A stretch of DNA of 63,383 nucleotides, filler included, from Hyphochytrium catenoides (lineage: Eukaryota > Protista > Hyphochytriomycota): NCBI GenBank assembly GCA_900088475.1. It is 5 parts of 5 records of this genome, joined end to end, with 100 filler letters (N's around TTAATTAATTAA, not from the genome) between each part and the next. Parts side by side here need not be neighbours in the genome. Positions count along the whole stretch, not along the records: positions 44,965 to 55,024 come from FLMG01002809.1; positions 55,125 to 62,168 come from FLMG01000223.1; 3 more parts are not named here. One strand, given 5' to 3'. Positions 50,228 to 62,268 of this stretch are shown piece by piece. How positions within the stretch are numbered: position 1 is the first letter of the stretch; each line of letters opens with the position of its first letter. The translations under genes and the position numbers were made by a program. The notes under the pieces are model-generated. The model did no database searches. It saw only the letters and a program-made list of their open reading frames with translations, and had not been told where the DNA came from.

Positions 50228-50950
50228 TCTTTCATCTAACAAAGTCCTTTGCTCAAGAGAAGAGGTCACCGAATTTCCCTCACATCTGTCGAACTGTGAT
50301 TGACGCTGAAACCAAAAACATGTACAGCGGACGACGCAGAGGGGAGAAACCCCTGGTATATAAACAAGACGGAGATTAGTGAAAGAGTACGTTTGGCGTA
50401 TGGTGCATGTTATAATGTATGGAATTTTGAAAGACACTCTTACTTAGGTTATGTGGTCTACTGAGATGCTCAGAGTGAGTGTGAAGGGCTTGGGACCCTG
50501 AGTCCTAGTTCTCACGTGGTTTAATGAATTGACTGAGCACAAGTGGCGGATCAGGTCCTTTCGCTTTAAACAGTGAACCTACAGAGTTTACCCAAAGTCC
50601 TTGAATGTTAAATATGGGCTAATCCCTATCTCTTCCTTGTAAGTCTTCTTGAGTGCCAAGTGCCCAAGTCATCCTCCTAATATAAACTATAGGATAAACT
50701 TCTGTAGAACTTCCAGGGTCCAGTTCTCTCAAGGACCTTCATTTTATTTTTCTGTTCCTACTGGTGTGTTCCTGTCGTAATCCCTACGCTAGTCTTAAAT
50801 GCTTTATTGACCTAAACTTACGCCGTGATGCTTTCCCTACCTTTTTGTGTACTTTATCCAACTGTAATCAGCTTTAATTCGCCCATTTAACGACTGTCTG
50901 TAGCCATTAGCGCCTCCTAGCCCGTCGTCCTGACCTAAAAACCTCTTTAT

Positions 50951-51180
50951 TGTTGGATTATATGGTATGAATGGACAATGTCATTAGATGAGAGTGCTCT
51001 ACTTATAAGCCCAACTGGGGTCCCATAATCTAGAGCTATTCTGACTATGCCAACTATTCCTAATAAAGTCTAAGATATTCAGTCATAGAGAAATCCCTGT
51101 CTAGAACAGTCAGTCTTGAAGGCATTCCGGGGTACTGACCATAAGCCATAGATATAAACAAGGACATTTCGTTTGCCTCA
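50951..51180 (+). repeat. LTR-like direct repeat, copy 1 (interrupted by pogo insertion)
   Basis: Starts TGTTGG; 230 bp with 12 differences from 54628-54857 by my manual alignment. Confidence 0.9.
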
Positions 51181-51182
51181 TA

Positions 51183-54100
51183 AGGGTAAGGGTACCAGTT
51201 CTGGAACACTTAAGCCAGATTCGCCCGATTTCTGCAGCTCGAGCATTTCAGAAGCTCAGATGGCCTTCTCATGAAAGCGATGAGTCCGTACCTCCTTATG
51301 CTGTCCCTAGATCTCGTTTCGAGATCCTCCGCGGTCTGTTCTGCGCTCTCCAAGTGTAACCATTTCCAGAGGCGCAAAAAAACTGCATTACCCAATGTGG
51401 AACAGAGATACCCATACATTTGCAGTACAAAAAAATAATGATCACTTGCAGATCTTGATCACATTAGCAAACGGCACATCTGTGCGCCTGTGCCAGAGAG
51501 TTACGCGGCCAGCACTTCAGAGCCTTGTTTATGACACTTGAGATGGTCGCCCATGAAACTGGGGCCGGGGACGCTGGAATTGATTGGCGCAGAAGTCTAG
51601 GTAAGCTGAAGTCAAGCACAATTCTTATTATTACTTGCGAAAGCACCTAGTGGCGGCTGTGTCGTCTCTGCTTGTAGTCTTCTAGCACCAGAAAGAAGCA
51701 GCATCTGTCTTCTTACTTTATGGGTCACTGCAGCATAAAGGTGACCTTGATGGGCTTCTTGATGTTTAAACGATTTACGAAGCTGTCGGAGCTGAGATTG
51801 ACGATCGATGATGATGAGCGAAATTCCTTCTCTTTCTTTCCTTTCTTCCTCACTTGTTCTTCTAAGCATTGTCATCACCCCTTACTGCATCTTTCATTAC
51901 CGCATAGTTTGGGGCCAAGACGAGGGAGGAGGTTCTTTCCGGTGCACCACTTCTTGGCGGAGAGGGTAGAGACGAAGAAGAAGTAGTAGAAGAAGAGGTC
52001 AAAGTAGTAGTAGGAAAAGAAGCAGCTGGTTCTTCTCTGGCTACTGTTGTGGAGACGTCGGAGGAGAAGATGCTGGATTGATTGTGAGCTTTTGGTCCGA
52101 GGCACGACGACGCTGATGACGATGACGTCTTGCAGGTCGTGATATAATGCCCTGCCTGGTCCGCAATTGCTGCAGTACCTGGCAGATGTACGTCTCCTCT
52201 TCGTTTTATCTGTTTGCTGCTCTTCTTGCTCATCAGCGATATTGCCATCATCTTTACCTTCCGTGCTTCCTTTGACCTTGTCTGCTCCTCTTCCTCTTGT
52301 GTCTCCGTGCGCGGCCTCCCCTCCTGTTCTGCGCCTTTCGTAGCCGATTAGAGAGGGAGGCCTCCTTGACCATTAGGCGATACTCCTTCTTCTCTTTCTC
52401 TTGTTTGATCTTCTTCCACTCTGATGCAAGTAGTAGAGTATGGGTGAGAAGTCTTCTTGCTGGTGTTGTTCAACCATAACTCTGTTTGCCCTTCGTTGAG
52501 GCATTGTTCTCGTTCTTTTACCCTTCTTGTTGGAGTTAGGAGAATGAAGGTCATTATTGGATATAATCTGATATGATCTCCATCCTTGAAGATCTATCCC
52601 TTGCCTTTGCAGGCTTCTCTTATCCCTGTCACTGAATGCATCTAACGGTAAAGGGTCCACCCGAGGCTTAAACTGTCGTACGATGATGCAGGACGAACGT
52701 TCTCTTTCAATTCAGATAGGTTTACCTTCTGCCTGTTGACAGGCCAGATGCCAGTGCTTTCCCATGACTTTGAAGTGATATCCGGGCTGACTGCCTTCCT
52801 GAAAGCTTCGTAATAAACTCTCGCTCTCTGATCTCTTGGTAGAGATCTGCCTTTCGTCTCGAGGGCCCATAGGTGTACCTCCTTCCTCCACTGTGCTTTG
52901 AAGGCTCTGAAAATCCCAGCATCTAACGGCTGAAGTGCATGAGTTAGATGAGGAGGAAATGAGAGGAGATGAACATCATTGACCACACATTTCTCTCTCA
53001 CACCCAGTGCGGTATGGGCCTTCAGATTATCGACGATGAGCAACAGCGGTCTACCGGCAGGCGCATGTTGAAGGAAATGGTCCAACCTTTTGTCAAATAG
53101 TGCAGTGTCCATAAATGCGTTTTCCGTGGCTGCGACAGCACTACCAGGAGGAGCATCATCTAAGAGATTGCTGGCTACTCTTTTACCCTTGAAGAAGAAC
53201 ACAGGAGGAATAAAGGACCCGGTGGCACTGACGGCGCAAAGAGCTGTGGTGTTCTCTCGATTAGGACCCCTAGTATGTCTTACAGCCCTAGTTCCTTTTC
53301 GGGCAATCACTCTCAGTCCAGGTCCGCCCTGAGAGTCCAGGCCCGTCTCATCATCACAGTTGAATATCTGAGAAGGTGTAAGAGAAGGGTGTTCCTTAAT
53401 GAAGGCATTGTACTCGTTGAAAAAGATGTCTACTTCGTCCTCGGAGGAACCAGCTTTCACGCGGTCGGAGTCTAGAATTCTTGACTTCCGTAGACTGAGA
53501 CGTTCAGAGTGCCGCTTGAGGAAGTTCCTGATCCACTTGTTGGAAGGCCCATGGGATGAGAACTTGTGCTCCCTTCCATCAGCGAGCACGTCCAATACAA
53601 GGGCTTTCAGTTGCCAAGTCGTAGCTGGATATCCATTTCTTGCTCTAGAGATGAGACCTTCTACGATACCGTCCTCTTCCTCAGGAGACAAGGTCGATGT
53701 TGGGCCAGGGGGCTTACCCCGTACGGCACTTGTCAACTGAGGTGTCTATGAAGGGTGTTAATAGGTACATGGAACTCCTTCTCCGTCGCCCGTAACGACT
53801 TGTTTTCTTGTCGAACGGCTTGCATAGCTGCTTTCAAGGTTTCGGCACTGTAGTCTCTCTTTCCCTTCTTCACATTAGCGTTGCCCTCCTCAGAGCAGCA
53901 TGAACTACTACTCCGGGGTGACGGAAGAGTATCAGAGGATACCGGCTTGGCCTTCGCAGCTCTCGCTTCTCAAATCTTGTTCTATGACCCCACGCCACGA
54001 GGGCACCTTCTTCAGCTCAACAACAAAAGGTGGTGCAGTAACGATTATGATGCTGACAAGAAAAAAAGCTGCTTGGGATGTATATGCCACCGAGACTTGG

Positions 54101-54414
54101 TCAATGACAACGGCGCTCCTTATTGTCACCACCGCGGCAAATATGCGCAGCAGCTTCGCCCGATTGCTCGTCTCATCGGCGGCTCGGGTTTCTCTGATGA
54201 TGATGATCACGTCCTGCTAATTATTGAGGTCTGCTTCAGTGGAACTAGTGCCTCATCCATTTCATCTTTTCAGATTGGCGACGTCCTAACGGTTAGTACT
54301 GTATATCTGATGGAAGCTTTGTACACCATTCTCATCTGATACTGTACATGTACTCTGTGTAGTCCAGCCTATGTTCCACAACCGGGTTGTTCCAGGAACT
54401 GGTCCCCTTACCCT
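51183..54414 (-). mobile_element. pogo/Tigger-type (Tc1-mariner) DNA transposon with TIRs and TA TSD
   Basis: TA|AGGGTAAGGGTACCAGTTCTGGAACA at the left and TGTTCCAGGAACTGGTCCCCTTACCCT|TA at the right; contains a DDE_1 transposase. Confidence 0.92.
52373..53880 (-). pseudogene. pogo-family transposase (HTH_psq + CENP-B HTH + DDE_1), frameshifted
   Basis: DYSAETLKAAMQAVRQENKSLRATEKEFHVPINTLHRHL is out of frame with the 364-aa ORF (PSNKWIRNFLKRH, IFNCDDETG, LLLIVDNLKAH, FPPHLTHALQPLD). A second shift lies near 52660. Confidence 0.9.
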
Positions 54415-54627
54415 TATCTTAGCTTCTACTGGGAGTTTGGAGCTGATACTTGGGTAGTTAAGCTTGCCAGCTTGTACTCCACATAGCTGTGCCCTCAGAC
54501 ACCAACATCTGCCTGCAGCTCGAACTCCCTACTATGAACGGTCGAAGTTGAACATTCAACATTTATCACTTGTCGGATTGCTCCTTATGAGAGAGGCTCA
54601 AGACTCAACAAGTGTTATATTTATATT

Positions 54628-54882
54628 TGTTGGATTATATGGGGTGATTGGACAATGTCATCAGATGAGAGTGCTCTACTTATAAGCCCAACTGGGGTCC
54701 CATAATCTAGAGCTATTCTGACTATGCCAACTATTCCTAATAAACCCTAAGATATTCAGTCATAGAGAAATCCCTGTCTAGGACAGTCAGCCTTGAAGGT
54801 ATTCCGGGGTACTGACCATAAGCCATAGATATAAACAGGGACATTTCGTTTGCTCCATATCTCGGCTTCTAATAGAAGTTTG
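54628..54882 (+). repeat. LTR-like direct repeat, copy 2
   Basis: Matches 50951-51180, then continues TATCTCGGCTTCTA..AGTTTG, matching 54415 onward (TATCTTAGCTTCTA..AGTTTG). Confidence 0.9.
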
Positions 54883-55024
54883 TGATTAACTTTACAGAGC
54901 TGGGTGGCAATGCTGAAGCTTCTGTATGAGCACAATCTAGATGCATTGATAACAAAGGGACTTGGTATTGATGTGTGCGGAGATTTCTCTGAATGATCAC
55001 TCAGTCCTGAGAGCCTGGTCCGGA

Positions 55025-55124
55025 NNNNNNNNNNNNNNNNNNNNNNNNNNNNNNNNNNNNNNNNNNNNTTAATTAATTAANNNNNNNNNNNNNNNNNNNN
55101 NNNNNNNNNNNNNNNNNNNNNNNN
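55025..55124. other. Artificial contig-joining spacer
   Basis: Same linker. Confidence 0.98.
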
Positions 55125-55961
55125 GCAATTGACGATGAGATCTTCCCCTGTCAGCTGCCTGGAGCCAATTGCCCATCGTAACTCTGTGCCGCCTTTGAAG
55201 ACCTTAAGAACCATGCTGGCGGAGAGCAACGAGTAGAGCAATAGCCCAAAGAAGTATGCCCAAAAGTTGCTTGAGGGCCGTCGGAAGCGATAATGATGGC
55301 AGTCTGCTACGGGCCCGCCAGCAAATCCCTGCAGTAGCCCAGTAGACGCCAAGAACGTGCCGCGGAGGCCGCCAAGCATGACAGCTACCAGGACCCAGAG
55401 GCACACGGCCAGACTATAGAGTGCCCAGAATTGAGCTGACATAGTGGCCTTCTTTAGCAGTGACGGGTTGATACTCAGCATGAGCTGGACGACGCCCGGC
55501 AGGATTCCAACGGCCGCAAAGATGGCAATGTAGGCACCAGGAACCTCTCCGAAGAGTAAGGCAGCAGCCAGGCAACCGATGGAGAGGTTATAGAAGATAA
55601 CAGTCAATCGGACGATATGTCTGTGCCTCCTTAACAGGCAGAAGTACTCTGAATGCCATCGAGGACCGAAGAGCCGGGCACAGATAGAGTCATTGAAGTC
55701 CACCATCATAGATCCCACACGCTCCTCTTCCTCAGAGTCCCAAAGAGGCGCTATCGTCCAGCGACAACTGTCTTTGACCTCCTCCTTCTGCTGCAAGACT
55801 GTTTCTTCTCTACTGCTGCTGGGAGCATCTCTTTCTTCTTCTCCTTTGAGCTCTTTCTTCCCTGCCGCTGGTCCCATCATTGAGAGGCTTGACTTGGTAT
55901 CAGTCGTGCTGACATCCGTCGCTGGGGTTGATGGCTGGTGCTTGGCTAACACCTGTGCCAT
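55125..55961 (-). CDS. Multi-pass membrane protein, 3' truncated by contig end
   Basis: Uninterrupted 279-codon ORF with a hydrophilic N-terminus and at least 5 hydrophobic segments (..LSINPSLLKKATMSAQFWALY..). Confidence 0.7.
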
Positions 55962-56314
55962 CTTCGCATAAGGGTAGGATCTTGTTCCTCTCAGAACATC
56001 TTTACGGTCATGATGAAGTCTGCCGTCGATGCCTACTTCCTACGTCGTCTTTCTCCCCCAGCTTCCTCCTGGTTCTGAGCCCTATTCTCCAGCGGAGCAT
56101 CATCCTCGTTTTCTCTCCTAGTAGTTCTTTGGCGCTTTACTTGCCAGCACTACTCTCCTCGCTGTGTGGCGCTCTAGTATACCTCGTACTGATATCCTCA
56201 CGGCCGGCCGGCATGGTGTTTGGTGCGGCTCTATGGAAGGCTGAAGAAAGCCCGACCGAGCAACATGCACGAGCAACCTCTTCTTACTTGCCGATGATGC
56301 TGTTAGTCATGACA

Positions 56315-56424
56315 ACAGACAGCCAAGAGGCGAGAGAGAGACGGAGACGAGAAGGGAAGCAACATAAATGTCATAAGAGGAGAGAGAGAGAATAGAGAGA
56401 ATCGAGAGAGAGAGAAAGAGAGAG

Positions 56425-56459
<35 letters not shown>

Positions 56460-56527
56460 GAGGAGGAGAGAGAGAAAGAGAGACAGAGAGAGAGAGAGAG
56501 AGTGTGAGAGAGAGAGAGAGGGAGAGG

Positions 56528-56562
<35 letters not shown>

Positions 56563-57002
56563 GTAATCGGGAACCTGTGCGCAGCAGGGGCAACCTGCAC
56601 ACGCACAACATCTGTTCGCCTTGTAGCAGGGAAGAAGACGATCAGCCGTTTATTAGGTAAAAAAGCGCAGCTGAGGAAGAGCTAAACTCCGGCCACCCAT
56701 GGTCCAGACGTTTCCCTCCGATTCGCTTGCCTAACAAAAAACTAGAAGAAGCTGAAGAAGGTAGGAGTCGCCCCCAGGGGTTAACCTTCAGCCTAAGACG
56801 TTTTGCCTTCTGTAGTGGGGTCTTTCCCCCACTTCCATACTACATTTCCACACACACCACCCTACTCTCCTCTATTGCTTTATTTTCGGTAGACGCTATT
56901 ACTTTTCGAGTATGAAGTAGCTTTGGGGGAATAGGTCGTGTCCTTATTTCGTGAACTGGTCCCCTAAGTTTCTCTCTCTCTTGTGTTTTCGTCCTCAACA
57001 TG

Positions 57003-57050
<48 letters not shown>

Positions 57051-57145
57051 ATNNNNNNNNNNNNNNNNCTCTCTCTCTCTCTCTCTCTCTTGCTCTCTCT
57101 CTCTCTCTCTTGCTCTCGCTTGCGCGCTCTCTCTCTCTCGCTCTT
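56315..57145. repeat. (GA)n tract (56315-56561) and (CT)n tract (57005-57145, containing a 16-N gap)
   Basis: Seen directly in the sequence. Confidence 0.95.
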
Positions 57146-57699
57146 CTCAGGCTACTTCGTATCATCTTTCTTCTTCTCTTCCCATCACCGACTTCCTTTA
57201 CTTTCCCCCAGCAGCAGACTGCCCCAAGATTAGGATTAAATAATTATCCACTTCCTCCTGCATCTTCATTATCATCACCGCCTCCCTTCACAACTTCTCT
57301 CTTCTTCCTCTTCGCAGTAATGTCCACTGATGTTCTCCGTCGTCCTCACTTCTCCTCTCTTTGTTCTTCTTTCTCGTCATCCTCTTTCTTCTTCTCCACC
57401 AGACCTGTCCTGTTATTAGCCTTTTGCTCAGCACTCAGCAGTGTCCGTGGTTAGAACTGCATGTAGATACAGCGGCGGTCTCAATCAGAGCTCAAGTGAA
57501 AGCCAATGATCTCCGTTTGCAGTCGAAGGACGATGAAATGTCCTGATCTCTTGTTGCAAAGATGAGTCCTGCCACACTACTCATCCGCTGCTGACTATTG
57601 TTACTCTTCCCTTGATCCTCTTCAGTCCTGCTCAGAGTCTTGCTCCCCACAGATGACCTACTGCCACTACTAGCCTTGCCTGTCCTAAAAGCTACCGAG

Positions 57700-59035
57700 G
57701 TTCACATCATGAGTTCCAGCTACTGAAATGGGATAGCATCGCCGTCAGCTTTCCATTGCCAGGTGCCAGCAGTAGTCTGTCCGTTGCCTTATGCAGCCAG
57801 AGTTGACAGAGCCGGCGGATAGAGGGCCGGACAACAGCAACTACTATAGCCACACTGAAACATTCTCCTCCTTTGTCCTGAGGCAGCTTTGGCGCGCACT
57901 GCAACTCTCTCACCACATGCCATCTTAATCAAACGGCGAATCTTCTGCTGTTGCTGCAGGTGCCAAGAAGCCTAGTCCATCCCGGTGCTCGATGAAGGCA
58001 AGGCGTGGCAACACATTTGTCAGGGTGCCAGCAGCCATCTCGTCCATGATGCGTAGGTATTTCAGTTAGGATTGTACCCTTGCCCATCTCCTGCCGGTAA
58101 AGCGGTGGTACATAACAGAGAAGTGCCTTTGTCCGCTTGTGGCTTGGCGGCACCCTCCTAAGACGCCAGGCATAGAGCTGTTGGTTATTATCCTCATAGA
58201 TGAGAGCGGGTTTGCCTTTGAAGGCGTGCCGAGGGCAGCATATTATCCCATGAAAATCTCCTGAGCCTCACTGCCTCCCCGGGCAAATGGCGCCTCTCGT
58301 TGTCACGCCTTCAGAGGCAAACCAAGCTCTGCTTCCTGGATTGCTCAGCTCGCACGACCTCGTGCAGCGATGAAGGATATGTCCCATCATGGAGGACTTG
58401 TAGTTATCTACAGAGTTGCCCCAGCACGGCATGGTGGACTATCTACTGCAGGGCCTCATTCCCAGGTTTCACCTTGTAGCAGAAGGCACATTGAAGGCGA
58501 ATCAAAACTTCACCAAGGAGAAACTCACAAATATCCTGCCTAACGCGGAGCGAGGATTGCGCCTGCAAGAGGAAGAAAGCTACGGAGGGAAGGATGAAAG
58601 CGAGACGGGAAACTCCCTAACAGCGGCGCCTCCCATTCCACCGGCAGGAGGCTGAGTTTCTCCTTCTCCTTGGTGAGATTTGATTCGTTTCCATGTGTCA
58701 GCGACATGGTGGCATGGGACCTTCAAGAGATAGTCCACCTTGTCCGCATCAACCACTGGGTTCCCCACTCAAGGTAGCAAGCTTTGTCCCAACGTCTCTG
58801 AAGACCAATGTACGCCTGCGGACATTCTCCTTCTCTATCTGCTGGCGGAGGAGCTGGTTCCTGGCATCTCGAACATTTGAAGCCGTGGCGGGTTCAAGTG
58901 ATCTTCTTCAGTGTCCCACGATCAGCAGCGACGCAGCCTCAAGAGCATGTGGGAATGATCTTGTCCTAGTCACCCTGCTTGTAAGGTGGTGGGACAAGGC
59001 TTCAGCATCATCCCGCTGCTGTTGACAGCAGTATG
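57700..59035 (-). pseudogene. Highly degenerate Ty1/copia gag-protease remnant
   Basis: RDARNQLLRQQIEKENV..KLATLSG/NPVVDADKVDYLLK (copia gag-like), an eroded knuckle NYKSSMMGHILHRC, and GKGTI..TLTNVL (copia protease region); many shifts and stops. Confidence 0.5.
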
Positions 59036-59654
59036 GTTGGCCGTCATCGCCTCAGCATGGCGACTCTGTGGAAGGTGCCCGGACTAGGCTCGTCATTGTC
59101 GAACTCTTGCATGCAGGCGATTATTGATGGTAAAGCAAGGGCAGAGGAGGAGAGAAAGAGAGGAAAAAGAGGGAAGACGAGAAACATGATAGAAGGAAAA
59201 GGCAGAGTGATAATGAAGAAGAGGGAACCGCTCTGCACTAGTATGACGAATGGGTGGAGGGACGACAGCATGCCGCTTCTACTATCTAACGACCTCATCT
59301 TCCTGGAGGTGCCCTTCCGCGATGGGGCAACAACGAGGGCAACGCAGCAGCACTGAGCATCATTCCTCTTCATCTCCGTCGCGCCACCACATTACTGTCC
59401 CTGCTGCTGCTGCTGCATCCTCGTCCTCTCCTCCAGTCCCTATACGTACATCATTCATCTTGTGTCCCTCTTCTTAAGCAAAGTCATTGCCTTTCTGTGC
59501 TGTTCATACCGCCGCTGACAGTGATCTCTGCTTACCAGCAAACAAAGTTCTTTTACCCTGCAGTCTTCGTAATTGCGTCTCCACTAACAATCTTCTGCAG
59601 CAATACAGCCAAATGTTAAATAGAACTATGGTCTTATTATCTACTACTACTAAT

Positions 59655-60105
59655 CTGAGAAAAGAAAGAGAAGGAGAAGAAAAGAGAAGAATGAGAAGAA
59701 GAAGAGGGAGCAAAAGAAGGAGAGGAAAAGAAGAAGGAGAGGAGGCAAGAAAAAGAAGAGGGAAAAGAAGAGGAAGAAGAACAAGGGGAAGAAGAAGGAG
59801 AGAACAGAAGGGGAAGAAGAAGGGGAAGAAGAAGAAGACGGGGAAGAAGATAGGACAAGGACAAGAAGAACAAGGGGCAGAAGAAGGAGAAAAGAGAAGA
59901 AGAAAAAGAAGGGGAAAAAGAAGGGGAAGAAGACGGAGAAGAAGAAGGACAAGAAGAACAAGGGGAAGAAGTAAGAGGAAAAAGAAAAGGAAAAAGAAGG
60001 GGAAGGAGAAAGAGAAGAAGAGGAAGAGGAAGAAGGACAAGAAGAAGAAGGAGAAGAGGAAGAAGGAAGAAGAAGAGGAGAATGAAGAAGAGGAGAGGAG
60101 GACTA
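59655..60105. repeat. ~450-bp polypurine (GAA/GGA-rich) low-complexity tract
   Basis: Almost purely A/G on the + strand. Confidence 0.95.
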
Positions 60106-60589
60106 CAAAGCCCTGGACTCTTCTTCAGCAGGCTCTCCATCCTTCACCATCAACATCAGGAAAAGGAAGAAGAGTCATAGTCGAACTCTTCGTGGGGTTC
60201 AATGATAGGAGACGGAGGAGGAGGAGAAGAGGGCGTCGTACCGAAATTATCGTCCTCGCATTCGATGAGGCATGGAAAATATTGAAAAAAAGGCACTGTA
60301 GGCGGATGGTGTAGATGCTTTCCCGAATATAGCGGGTAATGGCCTTAATTAGCGAGACTTGAGCTGGGACTTGCTTCCTCAAAAGTACGTAAACGCATAC
60401 AAGAGGTACTGCACCGACCGAGAATAGAAGCGTTTGAGGACATATCCATTCAGTCATCGCTTACTGGGCAGCTCGGCACCCGAAATCGTTACCCAGAATA
60501 AGGTTTTGCAATGAGCCCCAGTCTCCCCTCCCAATCTGCGAAACGGACGAGAAGGTTTGTGGGACGTTGTTGTTCTTCTGCCACTGCTG

Positions 60590-60591
60590 CT

Positions 60592-60639
<48 letters not shown>

Positions 60640-61219
60640 TCTGTCTCTCTCTCTCCCTGCTTTCTCTCTTTCTCCCTCTCTCCCTCTGTCTCTCTCTATC
60701 TATCCCCATTCTCTCTTTCTCCCTCTCTCTCTCTGTCTCTCTCTCCCACACATTTTCTCCCCCCTCCCCCTTGCCAACCCTCTCTTTCAGGCTCTCTCCT
60801 CTCTTTCAACCTGACCATCTCTTCTTTTATCCTCTTTCTCTGTCTATCTCTTCCTTTTTTCCATCTGATGACCATCTTCTTCCATCCTCTCTGTCCGTCA
60901 CTATCCACCATTCTCTCCTCTCTCCTTTCCTTGTTGTTGGCTTCCCTCTTCTCTCAGTCTCAAGCTTTGTCTCTCACTCTTCATTCCCGCCCTCAAGCTC
61001 CTCTCCCCTCGCTCTTCTTAAGGATCTTCCGAGCCCCAGTCGTTCCCCATCGCGTTTCTCTCTGTCTCCAAAGCATCAGCGCTCTCTATCACTATATAGT
61101 GCCACACTCACGGCCATGCACCTGCTCACCTGCTTGAAGCCGCCAGCGGTGAGAGAAGAAGAAAGAGACTATCCGCTCTAGCTTTGCTTCACACTTCTTC
61201 CTTCTAGCAGGCAGAGCTT

Positions 61220-61251
<32 letters not shown>

Positions 61252-61380
61252 TCCTCTCTCTCACTCTCACTCTCTGTCTCTCTCTCTCTCTGTCTCTCTC
61301 TCTCTCTCTCTGTCTCTGTCTCTCTCTCTCTCGCTCTCTCTCTCTCGCTCTCTCGCTCTCTCGCTCTCTCTCTTCTCCCC
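60590..61380. repeat. (CT)n / pyrimidine-rich simple repeats
   Basis: Runs at ~60590-60745 and ~61220-61380. Confidence 0.95.
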
Positions 61381-61578
61381 CAAACCCACATGGTCTCTTC
61401 AAGTTAGCGCTAATGACGGCTCTTCCTCACTTTACCTAGGTCAAGTTACCAGTCAAGGCTGCTTATTAGAAGTAGCAGATCCAATTGGAAGGTCTGACAT
61501 CAGGGCCAAGCTCCTTCATCCTCTCGCTCTGCTACGCGTTGCTTTGAGCCTCCTACAGGCGGGTCTCCCAACCATAAG

Positions 61579-62168
61579 ATGGAGCTCAGCGTCAGCATAT
61601 CGCGAGAGAGCCTTAAACTTCTTGAGCAGCTATCAAGGACTCAGCAGGAAGAGAAACCTCTGACAGGAGCAGCAGTCACGCCTCGTGAGAAACTGAGACA
61701 GGTTCATCCCATCGTCCAGGCGGTGAACGGAGCTGGGACCCAACAAGAAGAGTTGTCTCAAGTCCATGAGGAAGTCTCTGCCATCCTCGCTAGGAACGCC
61801 GCTCTTCTCCAGCAGCAGAAGAGCTCAAGAGCTGCTGCTGGCACCACAAGGTCTAGGGCAGGCGGGCCCAGCCTTGGAGGAGAAGAGGGCACTGATATGC
61901 CACAGGATGCGAGAGAAAAGAGTCGGACAAGGCAGAGGTATATCCTTGTGGCTGTGGACGGATGCCTGGACTTATCTCAGCTCGGCGGAGGGAAAGAGAG
62001 TCTCATGCAAGCTGCCGTAGGAAGACGTTGTCCCGCCGGTGTCCTGTCCTGGTTCTGCCAGGCTCTGGGCTATGACAAGCTTCTGTGGGCCTCATATCTA
62101 CTCTTTCTCCTCGGCTACTGCGCAGGCTTCTTCCTGGAGCTGTCGGGTGCTCAGCGGAACCTGACGAG
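61579..62168 (+). CDS. Uncharacterised protein with hydrophilic N-terminus and first TM segment, truncated by contig end
   Basis: Open from ATG 61579 to the gap; [19 protein letters not shown] is hydrophobic. Confidence 0.6.
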
Positions 62169-62268
62169 NNNNNNNNNNNNNNNNNNNNNNNNNNNNNNNN
62201 NNNNNNNNNNNNTTAATTAATTAANNNNNNNNNNNNNNNNNNNNNNNNNNNNNNNNNNNNNNNNNNNN
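62169..62268. other. Artificial contig-joining spacer
   Basis: Same linker. Confidence 0.98.

Noticed and set aside
59487-61402. Long Lys/Arg/Glu-rich or Leu/Ser/Phe-rich ORFs (also at 40421-41214, 45224-45764 and 56303-57454)
   Set aside because: They are translations of GA/CT and polypurine simple repeats.
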